A stretch of 64,000 nucleotides of DNA from NCBI GenBank assembly GCA_965199825.1, contig OZ241329.1:1248001-1312000 (forward strand), given 5' to 3'. This document shows positions 25,965-35,906 of this stretch, in pieces (within the stretch, counting starts at the first letter, position 1; each line of letters starts with the position of its first letter). Source of the stretch: Bdellovibrionales bacterium (GTDB lineage Bacteria > Bdellovibrionota > Bdellovibrionia > Bdellovibrionales > UBA1609). Under the pieces are notes generated by a model. It was not told the origin of the DNA, did no database searches, and saw nothing but the letters and a program-made list of their open reading frames with translations. The position numbers were made by a program, and so were the translations under genes.

Positions 25965-27481
25965 ATATCACCTTTGCTCAAAAAATAATAAGCGAGCTCG
26001 CAAACTTTGGGGTCGACGAATATATTGTTTGCCCCGGTGCGCGCAATGCACCCTTTGTGGTCGCACTTCAAAAGGCGCGGGGGGTTTCGACCTTTCATCA
26101 TTTTGAAGAACGCAGTGCGAGCTTTTTCGCCCTTGGCCGAATCAAGACTCACGGTCGAGCGGTTGCGGTGGTGACCACCTCTGGAACGGCTGTGGCCGAA
26201 TGTTTTGCGGCGGTGATTGAGGCTTATTACTCAGGACTTCCATTGGTGATTATTTCTGCTGATCGGCCAGAACGCTATCGGGGTTCGGGTGCTCCCCAAG
26301 TGATTGAGCAAAAAAATATTTTTGGGATTTATGCCGACCCCACGATGGATTTGTCGACTTTTAAAAAATGGAAGTGGAAGCAGAACCGAACGCTTCATCT
26401 CAATATCTGTTTTGATGAGCCCTTATTGAGCGGGGAAGCCACTTTTTTTAAGCCCGAAATAAAGCATCGACCAGTTGAGCGTGTCACTTATGATAGCGAA
26501 CGGCTCAATGCCTTTAAGAGCCAAAAGCCAGTAGTTATTTTAGGCGCATTGTCGCGTGCCGAAAAAGATATGGTGATTCCAGAACTTCAACGTTTGAAGT
26601 TGCCGATTTATGCCGAGGCCTTGTCACATTGTCGTGAAGCGCATCAATTGGATGGTTACATTCTTCACTCAGGTGAAAAGATTCTTTCGCGTTTGAATGC
26701 CGATGGAGTGATCCGGATTGGGAGTGTCCCCACTGCTCGGTTTTGGCGAGATCTCGAAAACTCAAAGCTCAATGTGGTTTCGTTTTCTCATTTGCCATTT
26801 AGCGGTTTATCGCGCGATCCGTTAGCTCCTTTACCACTCGAAGCCCTCAAAAATTTAAAAACCTTTAATTGGACCACAACCGAACTCCAAAAGGTGTGGG
26901 ATCTTGATCACAAACAAAGTTTAAAACTCGATCAACTGCTAAAAAAATATCCACGCTCTGAAGCCTCCTTTGTGAGTCATCTGTCAGGCCGGCTCGAGAC
27001 CAATGCAAAAATCTATCTCGGCAATTCACTTCCCATCAGACATTGGGATTTGGTGTCTGGATTTGAAAATCGCGATCTCGATTATCAGGCGAACCGCGGA
27101 GCGAATGGGATTGATGGTCAGCTTTCGACTTTTTTTGGATGGTGTACGAAGGAAGAGATCAATTATGGGTTGGTTGGCGATTTGACCGCACTTTATGATT
27201 TTGCATCCTTGTGGCTCACTCCCACTGAATCTCAATTTCATTTGATCATTTTAAATAATCACGGCGGCTCTATTTTTAAACCCATGTTTAAGAATGCCGC
27301 TTTCGAAAATCGCCATAAACTTAATTTTTCGAGTTGGGCTGAGCAATTTTCGCTCTCGTATAAAAAAATTGAGGATGTCGAGTCACTGGATCATTTTGCC
27401 CAAATCAATGAACTTTGTCCCGATACCATAAGCAGCGAAAAGTTTCATGAAGCTTGGGGCAAATCTTGGCTCAAAAAATAA
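25961..27481 (+). CDS. menD: SEPHCHC synthase
   Basis: CPGARNAP, EERSASFFALG, TTSGTA, ADRP, NRGANGIDG, GDL. Confidence 0.93.
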   Translation: MNITFAQKIISELANFGVDEYIVCPGARNAPFVVALQKARGVSTFHHFEERSASFFALGRIKTHGRAVAVVTTSGTAVAECFAAVIEAYYSGLPLVIISADRPERYRGSGAPQVIEQKNIFGIYADPTMDLSTFKKWKWKQNRTLHLNICFDEPLLSGEATFFKPEIKHRPVERVTYDSERLNAFKSQKPVVILGALSRAEKDMVIPELQRLKLPIYAEALSHCREAHQLDGYILHSGEKILSRLNADGVIRIGSVPTARFWRDLENSKLNVVSFSHLPFSGLSRDPLAPLPLEALKNLKTFNWTTTELQKVWDLDHKQSLKLDQLLKKYPRSEASFVSHLSGRLETNAKIYLGNSLPIRHWDLVSGFENRDLDYQANRGANGIDGQLSTFFGWCTKEEINYGLVGDLTALYDFASLWLTPTESQFHLIILNNHGGSIFKPMFKNAAFENRHKLNFSSWAEQFSLSYKKIEDVESLDHFAQINELCPDTISSEKFHEAWGKSWLKK

Positions 27482-28128
27482 TTGGTCTTCATGGTTTTGG
27501 TGGGCGCTTTTCTGACTTTGATCAAGTTCAAAAATTTATTGCGATTGAGGGTCCAAATCTTTTTGAGCGTGGCTCACTCGATTCAACTCATGACTTTAAA
27601 TCGTGGACCAAAAATTTTATAGAGCATTACGGTGAGGGGCGACCTTGGCTTTTGGGATATTCGCTCGGAGGCCGATTGGCACTCCATGTGGCCGCGCTGT
27701 ATCCTCAAAAAATCGGTGGAGTGATTGCGATCAGCACTCATCCTGGTCGTTCGCCGGATCCCCAAAGATCTGAATGGGAAACGGATTGGCAAAATATTTT
27801 TTTAAACGATCCGCTCGCGTTTCAAAAATGGCAAACCCAAGAGATTTTTAAAAACACCAAATCCATAAGCATGCATGACCAAGACCGAAAGCTGTTAGCT
27901 CTGAGTTTTACAAATTGGTCTTCGCAAAAACATCTCTTTGATCCGACTGAAATCAAGAATGTCGATTGGGTTGTGGGTGAACACGATGAGATGTATCGCA
28001 AAATTCTATCCGCCTATCATCCAAAAATTATTTTTGGGGCTGGACATCGAATTCATTTGGATGCGCCCCGAGCCTTGGCGGATCATATTCAGACAATTAT
28101 AAATGAAACCAGGAGAACAACATCGTGA
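27454..28128 (+). CDS. menH: SHCHC synthase (alpha/beta hydrolase)
   Basis: LHGFGG, GYSLGGRLAL, GEHD, AGHRIH; directly after menD. Confidence 0.85.
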   Translation: MGQILAQKIIGLHGFGGRFSDFDQVQKFIAIEGPNLFERGSLDSTHDFKSWTKNFIEHYGEGRPWLLGYSLGGRLALHVAALYPQKIGGVIAISTHPGRSPDPQRSEWETDWQNIFLNDPLAFQKWQTQEIFKNTKSISMHDQDRKLLALSFTNWSSQKHLFDPTEIKNVDWVVGEHDEMYRKILSAYHPKIIFGAGHRIHLDAPRALADHIQTIINETRRTTS

Positions 28129-28319
28129 AGACTTTTTTAGAGTTAAAAACCACCGATAATCAAAAGGTTTGGATCCGCAAAGATGCGGTTGAAGCATTAG
28201 AAGAACAACCCTCAACCGCGCGCGCTCCGGGACACATGAAGGTTTATCTTGGATCTTACAAATTTTTAATTCTTGATCACACACCCGATGAGTTGATCAA
28301 AAAAATCGAAGGGGTTTAA
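28125..28319 (+). CDS. Small protein, FlbD/SwrD-like pattern
   Basis: 64 aa, SD AGGAG, GTGA overlap with menH. Confidence 0.6.
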   Translation: MKTFLELKTTDNQKVWIRKDAVEALEEQPSTARAPGHMKVYLGSYKFLILDHTPDELIKKIEGV

Positions 28320-28322
28320 CAG

Positions 28323-29144
28323 GTGAAAGAGACTTGGATTTCTCTTAAAAAATTTAGCGATATTCTTTATGAACGCACCGAAGATGGGGTTGGCAAAATC
28401 ACCATCAATCGCCCCGAAGTGCGCAATGCTTTTCGCCCACAGACGGTTATCGAATTGCGTGAAGCCTTTGAACTTGCGCGCGAAGATCAAGATATCGGTG
28501 TGGTGATTTTAACCGGCCAAGGTCCCGATGCATTTTGTTCAGGTGGCGATCAAAAGGTGCGCGGTGAGGCAGGCTACATCGGAAAAGATGGCATCCCACG
28601 TTTGAATATCTTGGATGTGCAAAAACAAATTCGCCAAATTCCAAAACCGGTGATCGCGATGGTTGCGGGTTATGCCATTGGGGGTGGACATGTGCTTCAT
28701 GTGGTTTGTGATCTTACCATTGCGGCAGACAATGCGCGATTTGGTCAAACCGGACCAAAAGTTGGATCCTTTGATGGCGGATTAGGATCAAGTTATCTCG
28801 CTCGAATTGTGGGACAAAAAAAAGCACGAGAGATTTGGTATCTGTGTCGTCAGTATGATGCACAACAAGCCCTCGATATGGGACTCGTCAATCATGTGGT
28901 GCCGCTCAAGGAGCTTGAAACAGAAACTTTGAAGTGGGCAAGAGAAATGCTTGAGCATTCGCCACTGGCCCTTCGCTGTTTAAAATCGGCACTCAACGCC
29001 GACTGTGATGGTCAAGTGGGGCTGCTCGATTTTGCGGGCAATGCCACTTTGCTGTACTACATGAGCGAAGAAGCCCGCGAAGGTAAAAATGCATTTGTTG
29101 AAAAACGAAAACCCAATTTTAAAAAATTTCCGCGGCTGCCATGA
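28323..29144 (+). CDS. menB: 1,4-dihydroxy-2-naphthoyl-CoA synthase
   Basis: [45 protein letters not shown]. Confidence 0.97.
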   Translation: MKETWISLKKFSDILYERTEDGVGKITINRPEVRNAFRPQTVIELREAFELAREDQDIGVVILTGQGPDAFCSGGDQKVRGEAGYIGKDGIPRLNILDVQKQIRQIPKPVIAMVAGYAIGGGHVLHVVCDLTIAADNARFGQTGPKVGSFDGGLGSSYLARIVGQKKAREIWYLCRQYDAQQALDMGLVNHVVPLKELETETLKWAREMLEHSPLALRCLKSALNADCDGQVGLLDFAGNATLLYYMSEEAREGKNAFVEKRKPNFKKFPRLP

Positions 29145-30013
29145 AGTTGTGGCTCCTTGCATTTAGGCCCAAAACTTTAACCGCAGCAGTTGTTCCGGTT
29201 GTTGTGGCGTCGGCTTTGGCCTATGCGAGCGATGTGATTTTTGAAATTTGGATTCCAATTTGTGCCATGCTCTCGGCAGTTTTTATTCAAATCGCCACAA
29301 ATCTTTTTAATGATGCCATCGATTTTCACAAAGGGGCTGACACATCCGAAAGAATTGGCCCACGCCGAATCACCGCTAGCGGTGATGCTCACAGTGCGGT
29401 GGTGTTGCGAGGTGCAATTTACTGTTTGGCCATGGCACTGGGTTTTGGAATTCCATTGGTGATTCATGGTGGACTTCTTTTTGTGGGGATTGGACTTGTC
29501 AGTATGTTTTTGGCTTATGGCTATACCGGGGGTCCGTTTCCGCTGGCATATCTTGGGCTTGGCGATTTATTTGTGCTGTTGTTTTTTGGATTTATTGCGG
29601 TAGGTGGCAGTTACTATTTGCTGAGTCTCACATGGTCGATGGATTGCCTTATCGCGGGTTTTCAAATTGGCGCACTCGCAACTGTGCTCATTGCCATAAA
29701 TAATTTGCGCGACAGTCACCAAGATATTTTGGTGGGCAAAAAAACAATGGCGGTGCGATTGGGCAAAACGTTTGTGCGCTACGAAATTGCAACTCTGTAT
29801 ACTGTCACATTTTTTTTGCAGTTGTATTGGTGGCAAAGGGGTTTTGGAGTTGCCGCAGTATTGCCCCTTTTATTTTGGCCATTGGCTTATGCGGTAACAA
29901 AAAGTATTTTTCGTAATGAGCCTTCTGCAATATATAATAAATATTTAGGCCTTTCGGCATTGGTGCATATGGGTTTTGGTTTTAGTTTTGCTCTAGGGCT
30001 TTTTTTATCATGA
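29141..30013 (+). CDS. menA: DHNA polyprenyltransferase
   Basis: [38 protein letters not shown]...GKKT. Confidence 0.93.
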   Translation: MKLWLLAFRPKTLTAAVVPVVVASALAYASDVIFEIWIPICAMLSAVFIQIATNLFNDAIDFHKGADTSERIGPRRITASGDAHSAVVLRGAIYCLAMALGFGIPLVIHGGLLFVGIGLVSMFLAYGYTGGPFPLAYLGLGDLFVLLFFGFIAVGGSYYLLSLTWSMDCLIAGFQIGALATVLIAINNLRDSHQDILVGKKTMAVRLGKTFVRYEIATLYTVTFFLQLYWWQRGFGVAAVLPLLFWPLAYAVTKSIFRNEPSAIYNKYLGLSALVHMGFGFSFALGLFLS

Positions 30014-30891
30014 GTCATCAAATTCATATTTATGAGCTCGAAGCTCTTCAGGTTTTAAATGCTCAAACAAAAAGCCTAACCCGCAAGGGGGCACTCCTTT
30101 ACACCGAAGGGGGATATAGCGATATTCATCCTTGGCCTGAGCTGGGCGACCCGGATTTAGAAACGGTGCTGGAACATCGCGGAAAATTGTTTACCCGCGC
30201 CGAGGAGTTGGCGCGGCTCGACGGGAGTGCTCGAGCTCAAGGAATTCAACTTGAAAGTGATGTGCTAGCGTCGCATCGTCTTGTGCGAGATTTGCAAATG
30301 CCATTGAAAGGTTTTGCCGACGATGCGATTTTTAAGCTCAAAGTTTCGGATCAGCGTGAGGCTTTGAAACTCTTTGTGATGCGGCTGAAGTCCACCCAAA
30401 AATTGCGGCTCGATTTTAATGCCAGCCTTACTCCTGATAAATTTAATTTATTTATGGAGGAGACGGGCGATTGGCTGATCCCTCAACTTGATTTTATCGA
30501 GGATCCATGTCCCTATGATCGTGAAACTTACAATCTCTATAAAGATCTGATTGCCTTTGATCGCATTGCGATTCCAGAAGATTTTGAGGCGGCGGTAAAA
30601 GTGGTCAAACCTGTGCGCGAGAATATCGAAAAACAAAAAGCATTTATCCAAAAACGGATTAAGCGCATCGTCTTTACTCACAATATGGATCACCCCTTGG
30701 GCCAGAGAACCGCGCGGGTGTGCGCCTCGCAATTTTATCAAAAATATCCTGAATTTAAAGATGTGGGTGGGCTTGAGAGTTTTGATGGCTACCATCTGCG
30801 TGAAAGTTTAATCGGCGAAGAACAAGAAACCGGATTTGGATTCGATCGCTACCTCAAAGGGCTCGAGTGGCAACCGCTATCGATTGGTTGA
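30010..30891 (+). CDS. menC: o-succinylbenzoate synthase (divergent)
   Basis: KLKV, LRLDFN, FIEDP, AFD, VVKP enolase-superfamily motifs; men operon context. Confidence 0.82.
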   Translation: MSHQIHIYELEALQVLNAQTKSLTRKGALLYTEGGYSDIHPWPELGDPDLETVLEHRGKLFTRAEELARLDGSARAQGIQLESDVLASHRLVRDLQMPLKGFADDAIFKLKVSDQREALKLFVMRLKSTQKLRLDFNASLTPDKFNLFMEETGDWLIPQLDFIEDPCPYDRETYNLYKDLIAFDRIAIPEDFEAAVKVVKPVRENIEKQKAFIQKRIKRIVFTHNMDHPLGQRTARVCASQFYQKYPEFKDVGGLESFDGYHLRESLIGEEQETGFGFDRYLKGLEWQPLSIG

Positions 30892-31907
30892 GCGACCAAA
30901 CTCATATTGTTTATAATCCACTATTGAAAATTCAATTTAAACCTCCGGTCGATCTCAAAGGTCATATTTGGATCCGGAGCTCGGGGACAACTGGGGTTGA
31001 AAAATGGATTGCGCTCGGTAAAAAAGCTTTTTTGGCCGCAGCTAAGGCTGCGAACAGTCATGTTGAATCCACCGACAAAGATATTTGGCTCAGTGTCTTG
31101 CCTGATTTTCATGTGGGTGGACTTTCAATTTTTGCCCGCGCTTTTTTATCTGGCGCCAAAGTATTAAAGCAAGACAAGTGGGATGTGGATCAATTTCTAA
31201 AATCTTCAAAAACCGCAACCCTCACCAGTCTTGTGCCCACCCAAGTGAGCGATCTGGTGACGGCGAAGCTCAAAGCCCCCTTAAGCTTAAGGGCAATCAT
31301 CGTGGGGGGTGGAAACTTATCGCAGGATCTCTACCATCGTGCACGAGAGTTGGGTTGGCCGGTGCTGCCGAGCTTTGGAATGACCGAGTGTTGCTCACAA
31401 ATAGCAACTGCAACCTTGGAGACTTTGAATCACAAGGAATATCCGCCTTTGACTTTGCTTTCACATATTGAGGCACGAGCAAGCAATCAGATCTTAGAAA
31501 TTAAAAGCGAGGCTTTGTGCACGGGGATCGCAATCGATAATCAATTTATTAAAACAGGGGATTGGCTGGTGACCCAAGATCGCGCTGAGGTAGATCCCCC
31601 TTTTTTGGTTCCTCTTGGGCGCAGTGATGATCAATTTAAAATCCTTGGCGAGCTGGTGGATCTACATCGTTTGCAGACCTTGATTCCTGAAGTTTACTTG
31701 TTTGTTCTGCCGCACTTAAGAAATCAAAATGAAATTGTTGGAGTAATTGAGCTTAGCCAAGATTTGTGGGAGAGCGAAAATCAAATTCTAGAATTTAATA
31801 AAAAATGTTTGCCCTTTGAGCGCATCACTTCGCTCTATCAAGTGACAAAAATTCCACTTACCCCAATGGGTAAAGTCGAGCGCGCAAGTCTTAAAGCCTT
31901 ATTATAA
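30867..31907 (+). CDS. menE: o-succinylbenzoate--CoA ligase, short form
   Basis: SSGTTG, FHVGGL, SLVPTQ, SFGMTE, TQD, GRSDD, GKV. Confidence 0.88.
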   Translation: MATAIDWLSDQTHIVYNPLLKIQFKPPVDLKGHIWIRSSGTTGVEKWIALGKKAFLAAAKAANSHVESTDKDIWLSVLPDFHVGGLSIFARAFLSGAKVLKQDKWDVDQFLKSSKTATLTSLVPTQVSDLVTAKLKAPLSLRAIIVGGGNLSQDLYHRARELGWPVLPSFGMTECCSQIATATLETLNHKEYPPLTLLSHIEARASNQILEIKSEALCTGIAIDNQFIKTGDWLVTQDRAEVDPPFLVPLGRSDDQFKILGELVDLHRLQTLIPEVYLFVLPHLRNQNEIVGVIELSQDLWESENQILEFNKKCLPFERITSLYQVTKIPLTPMGKVERASLKALL

Positions 31908-32396
31908 ATCAAAAAGTTTATTGATACGCTCGCTCGAAGACCAATAAATAATTTCGCGTCGAAAGACTTGTTGTACAAAGCTCTCGAAATAAGTTTTTTC
32001 TTGATCCTCTTTTAGGCTCATCTGATTAATTTTTCTTTCGATTTTAAAATTCTCCCACAATTTTTCGGGCGAAAGATGGAGCAGATGATGTGGATATTGA
32101 ACCACCACAATAAATTGATCGGTGATCACATAGGCGCGGTGATCAAAGGAGCGCTGAGCTCGCTCAAGGTCCGAGAACGAGGGGAGCGATTTCCATGTTT
32201 CACCGCTCGACGAAGCTGCGATGTCAAATTTCAATTTTTTATCTTCTACATGAGAACCTATTGCAAGCTTCCAGGTTGAGTCATAAATAAACCGCACGCC
32301 GCGGTCGCGAAAGACATAAGCATTTCTTAGGGTTTGCACGCTTGGCCCTACGGGGAGAGGATAGATTCCGTTTTCTGATTGGCCCAAAAGGAGCAT
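31902..32396 (-). CDS. Hypothetical protein
   Basis: 164-aa ORF filling the gap between menE and alkA; an in-frame TGA sits immediately before the ATG. Confidence 0.5.
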   Translation of the reverse strand: MLLLGQSENGIYPLPVGPSVQTLRNAYVFRDRGVRFIYDSTWKLAIGSHVEDKKLKFDIAASSSGETWKSLPSFSDLERAQRSFDHRAYVITDQFIVVVQYPHHLLHLSPEKLWENFKIERKINQMSLKEDQEKTYFESFVQQVFRREIIYWSSSERINKLFDL

Positions 32397-32491
32397 TCAG
32401 GTGAAAATTGCGTTCATGTTTTTGAGCAATATCATACTGCTTAAAAAGTTCCAGACCTTTTAAAAACTGCATATAGGATTTTTTACTAAAT

Positions 32492-33373
32492 ATGTTTAGC
32501 GATAATTATGGATTAAAAATTTCGATTCCCTATAAAGCCCCTTTTGAATTTGGGGCGTTACTCAATCATTACCGCAACTACAAAATTGGCGAGCTCGAAG
32601 AATTCGATGAGCATAAGATGTATCGCATCGTGAATTTTGAAAATACAGTGGGCAAGGTTGCGATCTCAGACGAACCGCAAAAAAATTCGGTTTTGGTAGA
32701 GATTGATTATCCAGAGGCACTTAAAGTTGATGAGATTCTCTCACGCGTGAAAGCGATGTTTGATCTTGAATCCGATCCGGAAATTATCGCCAAGGCCTTG
32801 TCGGTGGATGATCATTTTAAAAAAATTGTGGAGAAACATCCGGGCCTTCGAATGCCCTCGGGGTGGGATTCGTTTGAGCTTGCGATCGGGACAATTCTTG
32901 GCCAGTTGGTCAGCACCCAAAGAGCGCGCGAACTTGTGAGAGATTTGATTGAGTTGGTCGGAAGTGAAATCGTATTTGAGGGTAAATCGATCAGACTTTT
33001 CCCGACTCCAGAACAGCTTGCAAATGCTGATCTTGAAAAACTCAAAACAACTAAGATTCGTAAACGAACCTTAAAAACATTTGCCCAGCATATTGTGGAC
33101 AAAACCTTGTCTTTCGATCCTGATCAGGATGCGGATCAATTTATCAAAAACGCCTTAAGCATTTCGGGTATAGGTCCCTGGACCGCAAACTATATGGCGC
33201 TAAAATGTTTGCGCCATGCCGATGCCTTTCCTGGATCAGATTTAATTTTGGCGCGTGCGCTTCAGATTCATTCAAGATCCACCATCGAAAAGATGAGCCC
33301 TTGGCAAGGATATGCCGCAATCTTATTGTGGCGCGAATACGCAGGACTTTTAAAAAAGGAGAAATCAAAATGA
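32492..33373 (+). CDS. alkA: DNA-3-methyladenine glycosylase II (AlkA_N + HhH-GPD), lacking Ada domains
   Basis: PGLRMP, ILGQLVS, FPTPE, GIGPWTANY, DAFP..D, PWQGYA. Confidence 0.9.
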   Translation: MFSDNYGLKISIPYKAPFEFGALLNHYRNYKIGELEEFDEHKMYRIVNFENTVGKVAISDEPQKNSVLVEIDYPEALKVDEILSRVKAMFDLESDPEIIAKALSVDDHFKKIVEKHPGLRMPSGWDSFELAIGTILGQLVSTQRARELVRDLIELVGSEIVFEGKSIRLFPTPEQLANADLEKLKTTKIRKRTLKTFAQHIVDKTLSFDPDQDADQFIKNALSISGIGPWTANYMALKCLRHADAFPGSDLILARALQIHSRSTIEKMSPWQGYAAILLWREYAGLLKKEKSK

Positions 33374-33849
33374 AAATTCAATGGGAGATGCGATCAACGA
33401 TTTGCCCCCTCTTTTTAGTTGCCTCAGACCAAGGGATTCATGGGGTTCATTGGACAAAACAGCCGATTGAATTTGCCCCTGATTTAAAAGGATCTACTCG
33501 TCGCATCGAAATTTTAAAGGAGACCATCTTTCAAATCGAGCAGTATTTTTCGGGTCAAAGAAAAGTTTTTGATGTTCCACTTGTGGCCCACGGAACCGAA
33601 TTTCAACTCAAAGTATGGGAAGAGCTCAAAAAAATTCCTTATGGTAAGACCTGCTCTTATTCTGATATTGCTCAAAGGGTCGAAAATAAAAAAGCGGTGC
33701 GCGCGGTGGGTGCAGCCAATGGCAAAAATCCGATCTCAATACTAGTTCCCTGTCACCGAGTGATCGGTGCAAACGGAAAGCTTACCGGATTTGCAGGTGG
33801 ACTAGATATCAAATTAAAACTATTGAGAGTCGAGAAGTCTCTTCTCTAA
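33370..33849 (+). CDS. ogt: Methylated-DNA--protein-cysteine methyltransferase
   Basis: GTEFQLKVW, IPYG, RAVG.ANGKNP, PCHRV. ATGA overlap with alkA. Confidence 0.95.
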   Translation: MKIQWEMRSTICPLFLVASDQGIHGVHWTKQPIEFAPDLKGSTRRIEILKETIFQIEQYFSGQRKVFDVPLVAHGTEFQLKVWEELKKIPYGKTCSYSDIAQRVENKKAVRAVGAANGKNPISILVPCHRVIGANGKLTGFAGGLDIKLKLLRVEKSLL

Positions 33850-33925
33850 AATTATTTAGAAAAAAAGAGAACTTGCCGCCAAAATCTTGAGTTGACCTCC
33901 GAACCAAAATTATTAAAATTTTTGA

Positions 33926-35329
33926 GTGATAAACTTATTACTTTTTATGGTGGGACTGCAGGTCACACGCAGTGCCCATGCTAATTTTTTGGGCAATGGC
34001 ACCCAAAATTTTAATCCTATTGCCGGATCGAGCACTTATACCATGGTTCACGACCGTGACGCACAGTCTCTCAACACCCTAAGCACCTCTTTTTTTTTAA
34101 GTGAAGCCTGGAATAGCCTTCCAGATACTTTTTTAAATGGAAGTCCCGTCCATTCTAAAGACACCACGCTATCTGGTGATTTGGGTTTACGTTACGGCAT
34201 TTTGAACCACGTTGATTTTGATCTCAATGTGAGTAGCCTATTTAGTCAGCAAACCAACCGTGAGTTGAGTGGGGCTCAGTTTTCTTCTAGCGGATTAAAC
34301 AATCTTCGTGTTGGTGCAAAATACAATTTTTTGGATAAGGCGGAGTGGGGATTGAGTTCGGTCATTTCGCTTGATCTGAATCAAGCACGCCAAAATCCAT
34401 TTGTCGGAAACAAGGCTGGCCCCATTTATAATATTGAAGGAATTGTTGATCGAAAATTAAGATCAACCGCTATTGCGTTAAATGTGGGTTACCGCGTTCG
34501 ACGAGGCGAGAACATTCCAAACTCTGTCTACTCGGCTTTGTCGGATCAATATATTGCATCGCTCGGTGTACGCCAATTTTTAAGTCAACGGTGGTCTGTC
34601 TCAACCGAAATTGCAGCATCAAAATTTTCACATTCGGTTTATTCAACAAATTCGAATGAGATTCCAGCCGAACTGCTTGTGACCACACGATTCAATCAAA
34701 ACCAATGGATGTGGAATATGGGTGGGGGTGCCCGAATCAGTAATGGTTTATTCACACCAGATTGGCGTTTATTTGTTGGTGTCTCATTGGATATTGGCTC
34801 TAAAAAACCAGAGCGTCACGCCCAACTCAATGCCGAAGATGTGATCCAAAACTTCGAAGTGCCCTTTGACCACATGATGAAATCACATGAATTTCGTTTG
34901 GTTAAAACCGTCGATCATGAGGGTTTTACGAGTGATAAGCCGCCTTTTGAATTAATAAGGCTTTATAAATTTGATTTTGATTTTGGTTCGACCAAACTTC
35001 GGCCGGAGTACATTGCCTTGATCGATCAGATCGGCAGTTATTTGGACTCTCCTCCACCGGTATTAAAAGTGAGGGTTGAGGGGCACACAGATTCACTCGG
35101 ACTCAGAGAAAGAAACCGAATTGTGGGGCAGGGCCGAGCCGACAATTTGGTCGGATATCTCAAAGAGCGAGGTTTTTTAAAAAGCATTCCGGTTGAGGCC
35201 GTGGGATATGGTCCTGACCGGCCCATCGCCGATAATGCCACCATCAGCGGCCGCCAGCAAAATCGCAGAGTTGAAATTCGAATTTTGCGAAGTCCACAAT
35301 CACAAAAAAATCTAAAGGATGATTTATGA
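33926..35329 (+). CDS. Outer-membrane beta-barrel with C-terminal OmpA-like peptidoglycan-binding domain
   Basis: Amphipathic beta strands ending PDWRLFVGVS; FDFGS, VEGHTDS, RA, G.G..RPIADN, NRRVEI. Confidence 0.85.
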   Translation: MINLLLFMVGLQVTRSAHANFLGNGTQNFNPIAGSSTYTMVHDRDAQSLNTLSTSFFLSEAWNSLPDTFLNGSPVHSKDTTLSGDLGLRYGILNHVDFDLNVSSLFSQQTNRELSGAQFSSSGLNNLRVGAKYNFLDKAEWGLSSVISLDLNQARQNPFVGNKAGPIYNIEGIVDRKLRSTAIALNVGYRVRRGENIPNSVYSALSDQYIASLGVRQFLSQRWSVSTEIAASKFSHSVYSTNSNEIPAELLVTTRFNQNQWMWNMGGGARISNGLFTPDWRLFVGVSLDIGSKKPERHAQLNAEDVIQNFEVPFDHMMKSHEFRLVKTVDHEGFTSDKPPFELIRLYKFDFDFGSTKLRPEYIALIDQIGSYLDSPPPVLKVRVEGHTDSLGLRERNRIVGQGRADNLVGYLKERGFLKSIPVEAVGYGPDRPIADNATISGRQQNRRVEIRILRSPQSQKNLKDDL

Positions 35330-35892
35330 AAAGCCTGAGCTCGCTTTTTTGGGTTTTATTTTTGATCTCGTGCTCGCCAGCCGCTTTTGATACGGTGAAA
35401 CCGACCACAGACACCACTCTCTCCCCGCGAGCGCCATCACTGGTCTATAGCACGATCACTGTCACAGGACCCTCGATTGCCGATGGTATTACGCCAACTC
35501 TGGTTACGGTTAAGCTTATGGACCAAAACAACACCCCCATCGTTGGTGCACTTTTGCAAATGACCGTTTCAGGTATGCAAAATGTGGTGGTCAACTTCAC
35601 CCCATCAAATCAAAATGGTCTTGCCTACGGAAAAATTTATTCCTCTTTTGCCGAAATCAAAACTGTAACGGCAATTGGACAAATTACTCTAAATAAACAA
35701 TTAATATTTAATCGAGTTTCTTATACCCGCAGTGTGATTGGCATTACAAGCTCCGGAAATGTCCAACGTGCGGTCACAGGCCAAAAATTTATTACCATTA
35801 TCGGAAACGCGTTTGCACCCGCACCTATCAAGGACTCAACAGGAACAAAAAGAACATTGCCGTCTATCTTAGGCGGGATCGTCGATAACTAA
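35326..35892 (+). CDS. Lipoprotein with invasin/Big_1-like Ig domain
   Basis: Lipobox LISC; ADG..TLVTVKLMDQNNTPIVG pattern. Confidence 0.7.
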   Translation: MKSLSSLFWVLFLISCSPAAFDTVKPTTDTTLSPRAPSLVYSTITVTGPSIADGITPTLVTVKLMDQNNTPIVGALLQMTVSGMQNVVVNFTPSNQNGLAYGKIYSSFAEIKTVTAIGQITLNKQLIFNRVSYTRSVIGITSSGNVQRAVTGQKFITIIGNAFAPAPIKDSTGTKRTLPSILGGIVDN

Positions 35893-35906
35893 AAGGAGAA
35901 CATCAA

